DNA of 64,000 nucleotides from Octopus bimaculoides (taxonomy: Eukaryota). The stretch covers positions 60,266,963 to 60,330,962 of the forward strand of contig NC_068987.1 of NCBI RefSeq assembly GCF_001194135.2, in the 5' to 3' direction. A program made the position numbers and the translations under genes. This document shows, piece after piece, positions 25,461 through 37,957 of the stretch; position 1 is the first letter of the stretch, and each line of letters opens with the position of its first letter. A model generated the notes under the pieces. The model was not told the DNA's origin. It saw nothing but the letters and a program-made list of their open reading frames with translations, and did no database searches.

Positions 25461-26863
25461 AGAGGATCATTATGCTAATATTGATAAACACATGCACTGG
25501 TTCTCTTTTGCTTATCTTTTTACTGATGGTTAATTAATTAACTATTTAACCAATGAGCTACTCAATTGATTGTTTGTTTGAATGTTTGATCAAATGATTG
25601 CTTAGTTAATTGATTAAATGGTTAAGTAGCTAACTAATAATCATTTATACTATAAGTACAGTGGAGGCACATGGCCTAGTGGTTAGGTTGTTGCAATCAC
25701 AATTGCTAGATCATGGGTTCGATTCCCTGATTGGGCAGCGCATTGTGTTCTTGAGCAAAATGCTTCATTTCACATTATTCTAGTTCCCCTTTTGATCAGG
25801 AGGGAACATTGGCCTGCTCACTTAGCCAGAGGGGCAGCATTATTTGAAGGCCAAAACAATGCAAAACGCATTGTGACCAGTGATGTGTAACAACATCTGA
25901 TAGCCTGGTCGGTCATGTGATCATGTGTGACTATAAGTACAAGGCCTGAAATCTTGGAGGAAGGGCTAGCCAACTACAATGACCCCAGTGCTCAACTGGT
26001 ACCTATTTTATGAACCTCAAAAGGATGAAAGGTAAAGCCAACCACAGTGGAATTTGAACTCAGGTGATGCTGGACAAAATGCCACTAAGCATTTCGTCCA
26101 GCATCTTAACGATTCTGCCAGCTTGCTGCCTTGTAGTTCTCTTTCTTTTCTCTTTTTTTCTCTTTTACTTGTTTCAGTCATTTGACTGCGGCCATGCTGG
26201 AGCACCACCTTTAGTCAGGCAAATCAACCCCAGGACTTATTCTTTGGAAGCCTGGTACTTATTCTGTCAGTCTCTTTTTGCCGAACTGCTAAGTTACGGG
26301 GACGCAAACACACCAGTATCGGTTGTCAAGTGATGGTGGGGGGGGGGGTACNNNNNNNNNNNNNNNNNNNNNNNNNNNNNNNNNNNNNNNNNNNNNNNNN
26401 NNNNNNNNNNNNNNNNNNNNNNNNNNNNNNNNNNNNNNNNNNNNNNNNNNNNNNNNNNNNNNNNNNNNNNNNNNNNNNNNNNNNNNNNNNNNNNNNNNNN
26501 NNNNNNNNNNNNNNNNNNNNNNNNNNNNNNNNNNNNNNNNNNNNNNNNNNNNNNNNNNNNNNNNNNNNNNNNNNNNNNNNNNNNNNNNNNNNNNNNNNNN
26601 NNNNNNNNNNNNNNNNNNNNNNNNNNNNNNNNNNNNNNNNNNNNNNNNNNNNNNNNNNNNNNNNNNNNNNNNNNNNNNNNNNNNNNNNNNNNNNNNNNNN
26701 NNNNNNNNNNNNNNNCTAGTTTTTATTTTAAGAATCTTACAAACCAAAGACATAAACAAATATTTATTTTTAATTTTATTGAATTTTTACTAGAGCTTCA
26801 CTTTACAATGAGAATCTTAACATTTGCTTTAATTTGACATTTTTCTTTTTCCCTACCATTATA

Positions 26864-27159
26864 CAGGGTGTCCACAAAGTATGGGTACACGGAGTAAATA
26901 AAATCGTAACATAAACAATTAAATATAAGAAATAATAATGTCTTAAAGTATGTGTTAATCCCCATGTGGGTACATGGAGTAAATAAAATCATAACATAAA
27001 CAATTAAATATAAGAAATAATAATTTCTTAAAGTATGTGTTAATCCCCATGTGGTACATGGAGTAAATAAAATCACATCATAAACAATTAAATATAAGAA
27101 ATAATAATTTCTTAAAGTATGTGTTAATCCCCATGTACCCAGACTTTGTGGATACCCTG
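26864..27159. mobile_element. Tc1/mariner MITE with three internal ~85-bp tandem repeats
   Basis: TA-CAGGGTGTCCACAAAGTATGGGTACA ... TGTACCCAGACTTTGTGGATACCCTG-TA; units start at ~26883, 26968 and 27053. Confidence 0.92.
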
Positions 27160-27856
27160 TAGAATTTAAAAACTGAAAAAATGTAAAACAAAATAAAAAT
27201 CAAACAAATGAAAAGAGATAATTCGAAAAGTTTTGAATCACAATTTCCACCTTAATCTATGTCAGTTGATAATAATACTGTTAGGTCAGGTGAAATACTG
27301 GATTTGAAGTTTAAGAGTTACATGACTAAGAAAGCTATGGGATTAAGTGATGGAGTAAGATCTGAACCACACAGACAAAATTACATTTGATAAACACAAA
27401 TGGAGATTAAATATCTGATAGAAATTGTTGATAAAATTATAATTTTTCTGACTACTCACCTCATTTTAGTACTGGCATCAGTGAATTAATAGTTAAGATT
27501 AGAAATTAGTTTAGAAATGCAGGTTAGTAGTTGAAAATCCAGCATTGGGGAATACAACACCATATGATGCTTGAAGTTTAACCAAATTGAATAGTACAAA
27601 TGTAAATATCTTAAATATGGATTCTTAAGATGAGATTAATACAGAAATTTATTTATGAATTACAACATTATCACACCATCATTTAAATGTCTTTGTTCTA
27701 TAACGGCATCAGTTAGATGGCTAGATGCCCTTCCTAATGCCAAACATATATATATATATATATATATANNNNNNNNNNNNNNNNNNNNNNNNNNNNNNNN
27801 NNNNNNNNNNNNNNNNNNNNNNNNNNNNNNNNNNNNNNNNNNNNNNNNNNNNNNNG

Positions 27857-27973
27857 GTTCATTCCCACTGCGTGCCACCTTGGGCAAGTGTCTTCTACTA
27901 TAGCTTCAGGCCAACCAAAGCCTTGTGAGTGGATTTGGTAGACGGAAACTGAAAGAAGCCCATCGTATATATG

Positions 27974-28012
<39 letters not shown>

Positions 28013-28700
28013 TTGTGTCTGTGTTTGTCCCCCCAACATCGCTTGACAACCGACGCTAGTGTGTTTACATCCCTGTAACTTAGCGGTTCAGCAAAAGAAA
28101 CCAATAGAATAAGTACTAGGCTTCCAAAGAATAAGTCCTGGGGTCAATTTGCTCGACTAAAGGTGGTGCTGCAGCATGGCTGCGGTCAAATGACTGGAAC
28201 AAGTAAAGAGTAGAGTATATACAGGAGGAGGTATGACTGGGTGATAAGAAATTTGCTTTCCAACCACAAGTTCTGGGACCAGTTGCACTGCGTGACAACT
28301 TGGGAAAATATCTTCAACTTAAAGCCTTGAGCTCACAAAAGCCTTATAAGTGGATTTGGTAGATGGAAACCAAAAGAAGCCCATCATATATGTATCTATA
28401 TATATGTGTGAGCGTGTATTTGTGTCTGTGTTTGTTCCCCACTACTGCTTGACAACTTGTGCTCGTGTGTTGATGTCCCCATAACTTAGTGATTTGGCAA
28501 AAGAGACCAATAGGAGAAGTACCAGGCTTTAAAGAAATAAGTACTGGGGGCGGGGGCTGATACATTTGACTAAGAATTCTTCAAGACAGTGCCCCAGCAT
28601 AGCTGCGGTCTAATGACTGGTCTAATGACTGGTCTAATGGCTGGTCTAATGACTGGTCTAATGACTGGTCTAATGACTGAAACAAGTAAAAGATAAAAGA
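27857..28700 (+). mobile_element. Two tandem family B SINEs (27857-28215, 28226-28700)
   Basis: Family B blocks repeated head-to-tail; the second has an expanded 12-mer in its tail. Confidence 0.8.
28607..28678. repeat. 12-bp minisatellite (GGTCTAATGACT)x6
   Basis: Six exact-length units, one with a single substitution. Confidence 0.95.
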
Positions 28701-28986
28701 TATATATACATACACGGTATATCTATCTGTTTTTCTATCTATTTATATATATTATATATACATATACTTATATATATATATACATATATATATATANNNN
28801 NNNNNNNNNNNNNNNNNNNNNNNNNNNNNNNNNNNNNNNNNNNNNNNNNNNNNNNNNNNNNNNNNNNNNNNNNNNNNNNNNNNNNNNNNNNNNNNNNNNN
28901 NNNNNNNNNNNNNNNNNNNNNNNNNNNNNNNNNNNNNNNNNNNNNNNNNNNNNNNNNNNNNNNNNNNNNNNNNNNNNNNNNNNNNN

Positions 28987-29019
<33 letters not shown>

Positions 29020-29300
29020 ATATATAATATCTGTAACAAAATTAGCTGCACGTGTCTATTCATTTTCATATATAAAGATGAATAGATATGTGCAAATATA
29101 ATTTTGTTTGAGACTGGAGTCGAAGAGTACCTAACATTATTAAACAAGTAGAGATTGTGTCATTTACTCTATTAACAAGATGATGAAATTGGAATAATTA
29201 TCAGCATTCCTACATAGCACCCTGTCACACTAGAGGCTATGGAGTTGATAATCACAATCATTAAGATCCAAATCAACCGATATATATATACATATATGTA

Positions 29301-29998
29301 TGTGGCTGTGTAGTAAAAAGCTTGCTTCCCAACCACATGGCTCCAGGTTCAGTCTCTCTATAGCTTCAGCTTGACCAAAGCCACATGAGTAAACTGAAAG
29401 AAGCCCATTGTATATATATCCTTATATCTATGTGTGTGCATGTCTTTCCGTCTGTGTTTGTCACCTTATCACTGCTTGACATCTTGTGACGGTGTGTTTA
29501 CATCCACATAACTTAGTAGCTCAGCAAAAGAGAATGATATAATAAGTACTAGACTTAAAAAATAAGTCTTGGAGTCAAATTGCTTTACTAAAACCCTTCA
29601 AGGTGGTGCTCCAACATGGTCGCAGTCAAATGACTGAAACAAGTAAAGGAATAAAAGAATAAAAGGAAGAATATGATTTTCTTTTATTCTTTTATTTGTT
29701 TCAGTCGTTTGACTGCGACCATGCCGGAGCACCACCTTTAGGCAAGCAAATCGACCCCAGGACTTATTCTTTGTTACAGGGATGTAAACACACCAGTATC
29801 GCTTGTCAAGCAATGTTGGAGGGACAAACACAGACGCACAAACATACACACACACACACACACACAACGGGCTTCTTCTAGTTTCCATCTGCCAAATCCA
29901 CTCACAGGGCTTTGGTCAGCCCAAGGTTCCACACAGTGGGACGGAAGCCAGAACCACATGGTTGGTAAGCAAGCTATTTACCACACAACCACTCCTGT
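29301..29998. mobile_element. Tail-to-tail pair of family B SINEs (+ 29301-29665, - 29680-29998)
   Basis: Family B blocks mirrored around the GAATAAAAG/CTTTTATTC tails. Confidence 0.8.
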
Positions 29999-31762
29999 GC
30001 AGTCCACTCTGTGGAGTGGTTGGTATTAGGAAGGGCATCCAGCCATATAAACCATGCCAAAACAGACAGTGAAGCATGGTGCAGTCTTCTGCCTAGCCAG
30101 CCACTGTCAAACTGTCCAGCCAAAGCCAGCATGGAAAGCAGACATTAAATGATGATGATGAGAGGAGGAATGCCAATAGTTTTGAAATGTTAGAATTACT
30201 CAATTACATCAACCTCTCTACTTCAGTGGTTGTTTATTTTATTGACTCTGAAAGGAGTCAATAATTTGACCTCAAGGCAAATTTGACCTCAGCTTAATTT
30301 GAACTCAGAGTATAGAAAGCTGGAACAAATAACTCAAAGGAGTTTTCTTATGCTCAAATGATCCTGCCAATTCATCTGTCTCATATATGATATAATGGTG
30401 TCAAATTTTGGTGCAGGGTCAGCAAGGTTTGTGAGGAGAAGATACATCAACCCCAGTGCTCAATGGGTATTTATTTTATTGACCTCTAAAAAATGAAAGG
30501 TAAAGTCGACCTTTACAGAATTTGAACTTAGAATGTATAGACAGATGAAATGCAGCTAATCATATTACCCAGTGGGCCAATGGTTTTGCTAGCTCACCGC
30601 CTTCATATATGATATAATGACATAGTAATACTTTCTACTGTAAGCACAAGGCCTGAAATTTTGGTGGGCTGAGGGTAGTGAATTACATCGACCCCACTGC
30701 TCAACTAACACCTATTTCATTGACACTGAAAGGATGAAAAGCAAAGTAAACTTCTGTGACATTTGAACTCAGAATACAGAATCAGAAGAAATTCTTCTTA
30801 AATATTTTATCTGGTGCAGTAATTAATCTGTCAATTGTTGCCTTATGATGATATATCATATGATATAAAAAAAAAATTATAAAAGGTCCTTCCCAAGCAA
30901 TAGACTCATAAGATCAGAGGTATATATATTCCCTACCCTGTCACATGGGATGCTAGTCTGTCACAGGATTATTCAGTTTTGCCAGCTGAGCAAACTGAAG
31001 CAATGTGAAACAAAGTGTTTTGCTCAAGAACACAATGCATCACCTGGTCCAGGAATTGAAACTACAATCTTACAACCATGAGTGCAACACCCTAACCACT
31101 TAGCCACATGCCTCCACAGTGATATGGTATGTTAATACAGATTACACAAAGTGACATTTGAAAATAAAATGAAAGTAATATGTTGAAATAAATACTCATA
31201 TGATCATCATCTGTTTTCCATGCTAACATTCTGAACCTAAGTAGTTGGTGTTTTTTGTAGGTTGCAGAGAGTTAGACAAAATGAATAACTATATTTAGTT
31301 ATGTTATATGTTCTAAATTTTCTAACATAGAGAAATAAACTGTTGTAGTAATCACTGCAATAAACAGCTAACAGTTACAAAGAAATTAGCTATTAAACTA
31401 ATTATAGAGATAACTGGGTCATAATGATAGAGAAATTGTTCTGTCTTAGATCTAATGAAATGTAAATGCGATAGTTCAGCCATTGGATTTGTATGGATGT
31501 GAAACATAGAAAATGTCACTAAAGATGACACAGAAGCAATTCACGATGGTGTTGTTTATTTGATCGGTAGATATTAGATATTTGGTCAAACAGTGGGACT
31601 GAACCTAAAACCATGTGGTTCGAAAGTAAACTTCTTAACCCCACATCTATGCCTGCTATAACTTCTTTTACCCTTTACTTGTTTCAGTCATCTGACTGTG
31701 GCCATGCTGGGGCACTGTTTTGAGGGGTTTAGCTGTTTTGAGGGGTTTATGTATAAGATATA

Positions 31763-32629
31763 CAGGGTGCAGTGAATAAACTGTCATCTAAATTACGCAA
31801 AAATGAAAATAACATTGACATCTCATTTTAACAGATATATTTACCAAAGTTACAAAAAATATCTTGAAAAACTAAGGAGTAAATTTTTTCAACAAAATTA
31901 CCATTGGGTTCAAAACCATGGCCTCCAGATGACTTCGGAATCTCCTGCAACCCTTCCAGACGATATCCTTGTTTAAGTTGCCTTCAGTTCATCTTTGGTG
32001 TTACAAGGAGTTTTGTTTGTCTCTCACTCAACTGTGCCCCACACATAATAATGAAGGGTGTTGCAGTCTGGGAATTTAGGTTGCCAGATGTTAGGGGTGA
32101 TATGATCACAGAAATTGTCTGACAGCCATGATTGGGTTCTCCTGCTTGTGTGGCATGGTGCAGAGTCCTCTTACCAGACATAGGGTCTTCCAGCAGCCAA
32201 CCTCGTGACCCAGGGCAGCTCTACCTCCTCCAGGTACCTGATGTAGGCCTCTGTGTTGAGTCTGAGGCTGTATGGGAAGATGAATGGAGGCATAATGTTG
32301 CTATCACTAGTGATCACTTCATACATCATAATGTTGACTTGATGTTTGATTTTATCACTCTCGGTACATGTCTTCAGTTTGCACTGTCCTCAGATTGACA
32401 CCCAAGCACTCTGAAATGCTCATATTGGAGCTTCTGGCATGCGTGCCAAGCAGTACATCATGTTGTTTCCAAATTTCTGACACAATGAATTGTGTCATGG
32501 TGCAGTTCTTCTCACAGACAGTGCCCAACTGATCCTACTATACTGTGTAGTTGACAAACCCAAAAACAAACAATGTGCATGTGCAAAATTAGAAATATAA
32601 AATGAAGACAATTTATCCATCACACCCTG
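31763..32629 (-). mobile_element. Internally deleted maT (DD37D) DNA transposon, 867 bp, both TIRs present
   Basis: TIRs CAGGGTGCAGTGAATAAACTGTC / (rc) CAGGGTGTGATGGATAAATTGTC, TA on both flanks. Minus-strand MTQFIVSEIWKQH…VNLRTVQ joins MPPFIFP…RPYVW*EDSAPCHTSRRTQSWLSDNFCDHITPNIWQPKFPDCNTLHYYVWG; 37 residues lie between the second Asp and the third catalytic position (now His). Confidence 0.92.
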
Positions 32630-32829
32630 TATGTATGCATATATATATTTATATAGATAAAGAGACAGACAGAGAGATAGAGAGATAGAGAGATAAATAG
32701 ATAGATATTTAATATCAGTCTAGTGGAATACTAAGCAAAGTACAATTATATGCTGCCAACTTAAAAACACTAATAAGCTAGCTTTGTCTACATACCAGGA
32801 ACTAATCGGCCTACAAAATTAAATGTTCA

Positions 32830-32870
<41 letters not shown>

Positions 32871-33700
32871 GTGCTTGTATGTGAATGTGTGTGTGTGGGT
32901 ATTTACATGTCTGAGTGTGTTTAAAAAATACTTATGTACATACACATATATGTTTGTGTGAGTGTGTATTTTCAATACGGACATGCACAATCACGTATAC
33001 ATATATGTATAAAGCTCAAACACACATATACATTCTACCATATATATGTGTATATATATATATATATATACAGTATATATACATATTTACGTCTGAACTA
33101 ACAAGTGTTTCTGTGTGTTTCTGTGAGATACAGTTTTAGTATCTTCTAATTTATAAAGAATTGATAAGGAATAATAAATTAACCAAGCTATCTAAGATTT
33201 GCATCCATTCTTTGAGGATTTAAGAATTAGTTGTCTTTTCAAAATGAACCATATTAATGGAACTATTCAGCAAAGAGTAACGCAAATGTAAGTAACACTA
33301 TATATTATCTATGTACATCTATATATACCTATATCAGGGACGTGGGATCTTCAATCTGGTAGCCAAGTCGATTAATTTGATTTGATTATGTCAAATTTTG
33401 AATTTCATGGATTATAAGCCATAACAAATACATATTTCTTCATAGCAGAATGCAAAATACTAAATATAATATTCTTAAAGGGATGCATACCAAGTTTCAA
33501 TGTAATTAATTAATATCTTGAGGTTCCGCATTGACTATAAAGAGAACAGGGGTGTAAACTTCTCCCCAGTGCCACTGCAACGGTCATTGCATGTGAATGT
33601 ACGTCGTATGTGTGTGAAGTTTTCTGCTTTGTACCTTGACTTTAGGCCATTTTATTAAAATTAATGATCATGTTAAATTTAGTGTTGTTTACATTTAGCG

Positions 33701-34242
33701 ATGACTCATAAGCCAATAACGCATCATAACATTTAATGCCCAATATTTGGTACTCTATGTGATCTTAGCAAGCAAGTTTTGCCAACTTACAAAGACATAC
33801 TAAAATTTGTTTTATTTGAACAAGAAAAAGAAACGAATGTAGTTAAGAAAGATCCTTCAATTAAACAAATTGTCAAGAATGTAGCAGAAAAGATAATGCT
33901 TCTTTAGCAAAAGGCATTCATCCTTTGTGTTACCACTGAGTCAGTTAAACCGAAAATCATAAACTTTTAATCTAAAGTACCAAGCATTACTAAAATCTGT
34001 GAAAAATAGAAAAAATGTGTCACCATTTCAAACAAAGGGTAATGTGTTTAAAAACAATGCAACAAAAGATTTATTTGACATTTCCTGCAACTCCTTTAAA
34101 AACTGTAGCTGTAGTAGAGACAAAAAACAGAGAGAACAAGATTTTTTTACAGGATCAACAGACAAATCGAAAAATGATCATTGGCAGAATAGATCAAGCA
34201 GTATCTAAACAGAACGTTCAGAGGTTGAATTGTATTATTTAG
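33701..34242 (+). pseudogene. Decayed N-terminal part of a DNA-transposon transposase (hATm-like; superfamily uncertain)
   Basis: CPIFGTLCDLSKQVLPTYKDILKFV…, LFDISC…CSC…, FLQDQQTNRKMIIGRID across three frames; the pattern LPTY.D / LFDI / FL.DQR..RKM.IG..D is recognised from memory. Confidence 0.55.
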
Positions 34243-35289
34243 TTACATGGCATTATTTCGATTTTAAAACCAAAATGTGTCAAGAATTAAAAATTGGTTT
34301 ATATATTATCTTATTTTAATGTGTGTGTAATCTAGACTTCATGTTACACATGTACTCGGTGACCTAGCATTAAAAATAATAAAAAAAACAAAAGTCGTAA
34401 AGTCTATTTATTTTACATAATTTTGAAATTTTGAGTGCGTTGCAGAGCCTGAAGATATAAATTTTNNNNNNNNNNNNNNNNNNNNNNNNNNNNNNNNNNN
34501 NNNNNNNNNNNNNNNNNNNNNNNNNNNNNNNNNNNNNNNNNNNNNNNNNNNNNNNNNNNNNNNNNNNNNNNNNNNNNNNNNNNNNNNNNNNNNNNNNNNN
34601 NNNNNNNNNNNNNNNNNNNNNNNNNNNNNNNNNNNNNNNNNNNNNNNNNNNNNNNNNNNNNNNNNNNNNNNNNNNNNNNNNNNNNNNNNNNNNNNNNNNN
34701 NNNNNNNNNNNNNNNNNNNNNNNNNNNNNNNNNNNNNNNNNNNNNNNNNNNNNNNNNNNNNNNNNNNNNNNNNNNNNNNNNNNNNNNNNNNNNNNNNNNN
34801 NNNNNNNNNNNNNNNNNNNNNNNNNNNTATATATATATATATATATATTTATATATACATATATATATATATCTCTGTGTGTGTCTTTGTGTATGTGTTT
34901 TTCCCCCACCACTGCGTGACAACTGCTGCAGGTGTGTTTATGTCCTCCACAACTTAGCAGTTCAGCAAAAGAGACCAATAGAATAAGTAGCAGGTTTTAA
35001 AAAAATTAATAAATACTGGGGTTGATACATTCGACTAACAATTCTTCAAGACGGTGCCCCAGCATGGCCACAGTCTAATGTTTGAAATAAGTAAAAGATA
35101 AAAGAGACATATGCACACACACACGCACACATGTACCATGTTATAAAAGCCAAAAATAAGTTATTGAGCAACTGATTAGCATGAGAATTAGCCCAGATGA
35201 GAAGCAAATTGGTTTTGAGCCAAGAAGTGGTACTGATGCCATCTTCTTTGTGAGACAATTACTGAGACGCTAGAAGTACTAGACTAGAG

Positions 35290-36480
35290 AAGGTATTTAA
35301 CAATATTCTATGTTCTGCAATCTTCTGGTCACTGACGTAGATATCTGTAGATGAATGGCTTATGAAGGCGATACTGTCATGTACAGGAATGCTGTCAGTA
35401 TGTTAAGGGTCAGCCATAAGTACAGCAATGAATTTAACATGCATGTAGAGATCCACCAGAGTTCCATGCACAGTCTCCCATTCTATTTATTGTAGTTATG
35501 CAAGCCATAACAGAGGAGTAAAGGCCAGCTGTCTGTGGGAAATCATATATGCTGATGATTTAATTCCCAGAAATGAACCTGTAGCAAAAACTCCAAGACC
35601 TGAGAACAAAATCTAGAATTGACAGGCCTCAATGTAAACTTAGCAAAGGTTTAAGTATTTGTAGGTAAGAGAGAATGCATGACTCTGATTCCTTTAGAGA
35701 AAAGGCTGTGCTTCCTCTACAGAAAGGGAGTAGGTAGAAATCCCGTATTCCAGTGTGAAGTATGGATGCAAAAGAGATGTAGTGGAGTCACAGGTAAGCT
35801 AAGGGGAAAGTAATCTAGGATCACATGGAAGGTATATTCTCTTAAATTTCCAGCAAGTTCTAAGAAGTAATTAATAGCATTTGTTACCTTGGCAAGGCAA
35901 CTAAATTAGCAGTGGACATGGATATTTTGAAAGTATAGAAAACAGAGTAAGAACAAGCTGGAAAAAGTTCTGGCTGTTATTACTCCTGCTGGTTATAAAA
36001 GTTTTCTCTCTCAGAGTGAAAGGTAGAATGTACAATGTTTGTGTATGAATTGTAATACAACATGCAAGTAAAATGATGTGGGTCGTGAATGCAGAGCTTA
36101 TATAAAAACTAGATAGATGTGCTGGATGTGTACTTTTGGTGTGCATGAATGATAGAGTACAAATGAACAAAGAGAAAAACTGAATATAAGAAGTTTCAAA
36201 CGTGTACATTGGCTGATCGTGCTCAAGAAGATATGTCAAGCTAAGTGAAATTGTGGTCATGACTAGTGCTGGTGACTTGTAAAAGGCAACCATGCCAATG
36301 AAACAAAAAAAGCTACCCAGTTATACTCTGTAGAGTGGTTGGCATTAGGAAGGGCATCCACCTGTAGAAACCATGCCAATACAGATTGGATTGTGGTGCA
36401 GCTCTCCAGCTTACCAGCTCTAGTCAAACTATCTAACCCATGCTAGCATGGAAAACAGATGTTAAATGATAATGATGATG
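35290..36480 (+). pseudogene. Decayed RTE-clade LINE, 3' part with (GAT)n tail
   Basis: DEWL…MYRNAVS, HQSS…SPILFIVVMQAITEE, LWEIIYADDL, GLNVNLAK, RKGVGRN…C..W..KRCSG; ends in a family E-type tail. Confidence 0.85.
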
Positions 36481-36536
<56 letters not shown>

Positions 36537-36549
36537 GTATGTGCACACA

Positions 36550-36766
36550 GGAAAGGGTTCTGAAAAGTTCCTGGCTTTAAGGGTATCATGAAAGACCTGG
36601 TTGGAGGCCTAACCTTCTGAGTTCTTCTACAGGATTTAGAAAAACTGAAGGACCACTGCAATAAGTGTGTGAATCTGAAAGGAGAATATGTTGAATAAAA
36701 TCATAATTAACTGATCCTCCTGTATTTTCTTTTACCCAAAGCCAGGAAATTTTCAGCACAGCATTA
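36550..36766 (+). mobile_element. Mariner-derived non-autonomous element
   Basis: Inverted ends CTGAAAAGTTCCTGGCTTT / AAAGCCAGGAAATTTTCAG; retains the transposase C-terminus EKLKDHCNKCVNLKGEYVE*. Confidence 0.75.
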
Positions 36767-37209
36767 TATGTATATATATATAGAGAGAGATATATAGATA
36801 TATTTGCTTAATTTTATCTAACTATCCTCCCCTCATTCTATCATTCACTCTGTTCGGTTGATAGCATTTCTTATTTTTGTTTGTGTGCACTTATGCATGA
36901 TTACACATTTATAAAGATATACCATAACCGAAATATATTTGCTACCAATGAACTGAATAGATAAGTTATTAACTCACTGAAACATATGTATATAAAAACA
37001 TTGAAAATATCAATAATGTTTCCTGAATTTCTCATTATATAGCATAGTTCAGACTCTGCACTTTAATCTATCCTGTGATGTGATGATTGTATCTTTATCG
37101 CATAGGAGATAGGAGTTAGGGGTTTAATGTAGAAACTGCTTACTAAACCCTAAATTTACAGGTAATGTGTTGTGCATGATAGCATATTGTATAAACAGAC
37201 ACAAAGACC

Positions 37210-37257
<48 letters not shown>

Positions 37258-37450
37258 TATACACACACATATACACACACATACACACATACTTTCTCAC
37301 ACACACACACAAATGTGCATGCGCACACACACATACACATCCACAGGCACACACAAACATACACACACAAACAAATACACTCACACACACACATACACAT
37401 GCACACACACACATACACACACAAATGCACACGCACACACACACACACCA
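37210..37450. repeat. (CA)n-rich microsatellite block
   Basis: Direct reading; similar blocks at ~39700-39840, 43100-43190, 52720-53200, 55000-55260 and 56090-57010. Confidence 0.9.
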
Positions 37451-37825
37451 TATATATACATTTATGTATCATTGTATAGTTTATCCTGTAAATACAGTTG
37501 AATGTTCAACTGCTACTTATGAATTTAGACCTCTGTGTATAGTACCGTCATGTATTCTGCTTCTAGTACAGTGATGTCGTTATTACCATACTTGGTAGTG
37601 TTACTGGTTATCATATACAGGAGAAATTATTATGATAAACATGTGTTTATAGAATTTGTTCCTTACATACATTTCACCATTGTGGTTGTTTGAAACCTAC
37701 GTAGGAGCTCACTTAACCCTGCCTAACTGAGATTTGAAACCAAAGTTACATACTTGTTGCTTGTCAGACGACTGTCTGATTCCATTGTGTTTTGGCTCCA
37801 TGCTTGGGAGATTAATGAGAAACAG

Positions 37826-37900
37826 TGACCTTTGCTGATCATTGAAGGGTCAATCCCTTGTTTTAAGCTTGACCTACTTCCTGACCATACCCTATATAAA
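37826..37900 (+). promoter_or_regulatory. Possible promoter: TATA box preceded by AGGTCA-like half-sites
   Basis: TGACCTTT-N11-AAGGGTCA (37826-37852), further TGACC at ~37870 and ~37882, TATATAAA at 37893-37900, then (CT)n; lies in repeat-poor sequence. Motif evidence only. Confidence 0.25.
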
Positions 37901-37904
37901 CGAA

Positions 37905-37957
<53 letters not shown>

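Noticed and set aside
26883-27140. CRISPR-like array (also the 12-mer at 28607 and the ~65-mer at 50496)
   Set aside because: Head-to-tail tandem units without unique spacers, in a eukaryotic context with no cas genes.
31450-31579. Exon-like frame with one internal TGA (LMKCKCDSSAIGFVWM*NIENVTKDD...) as a selenoprotein
   Set aside because: No selenoprotein motif, no identifiable SECIS and a weak donor.
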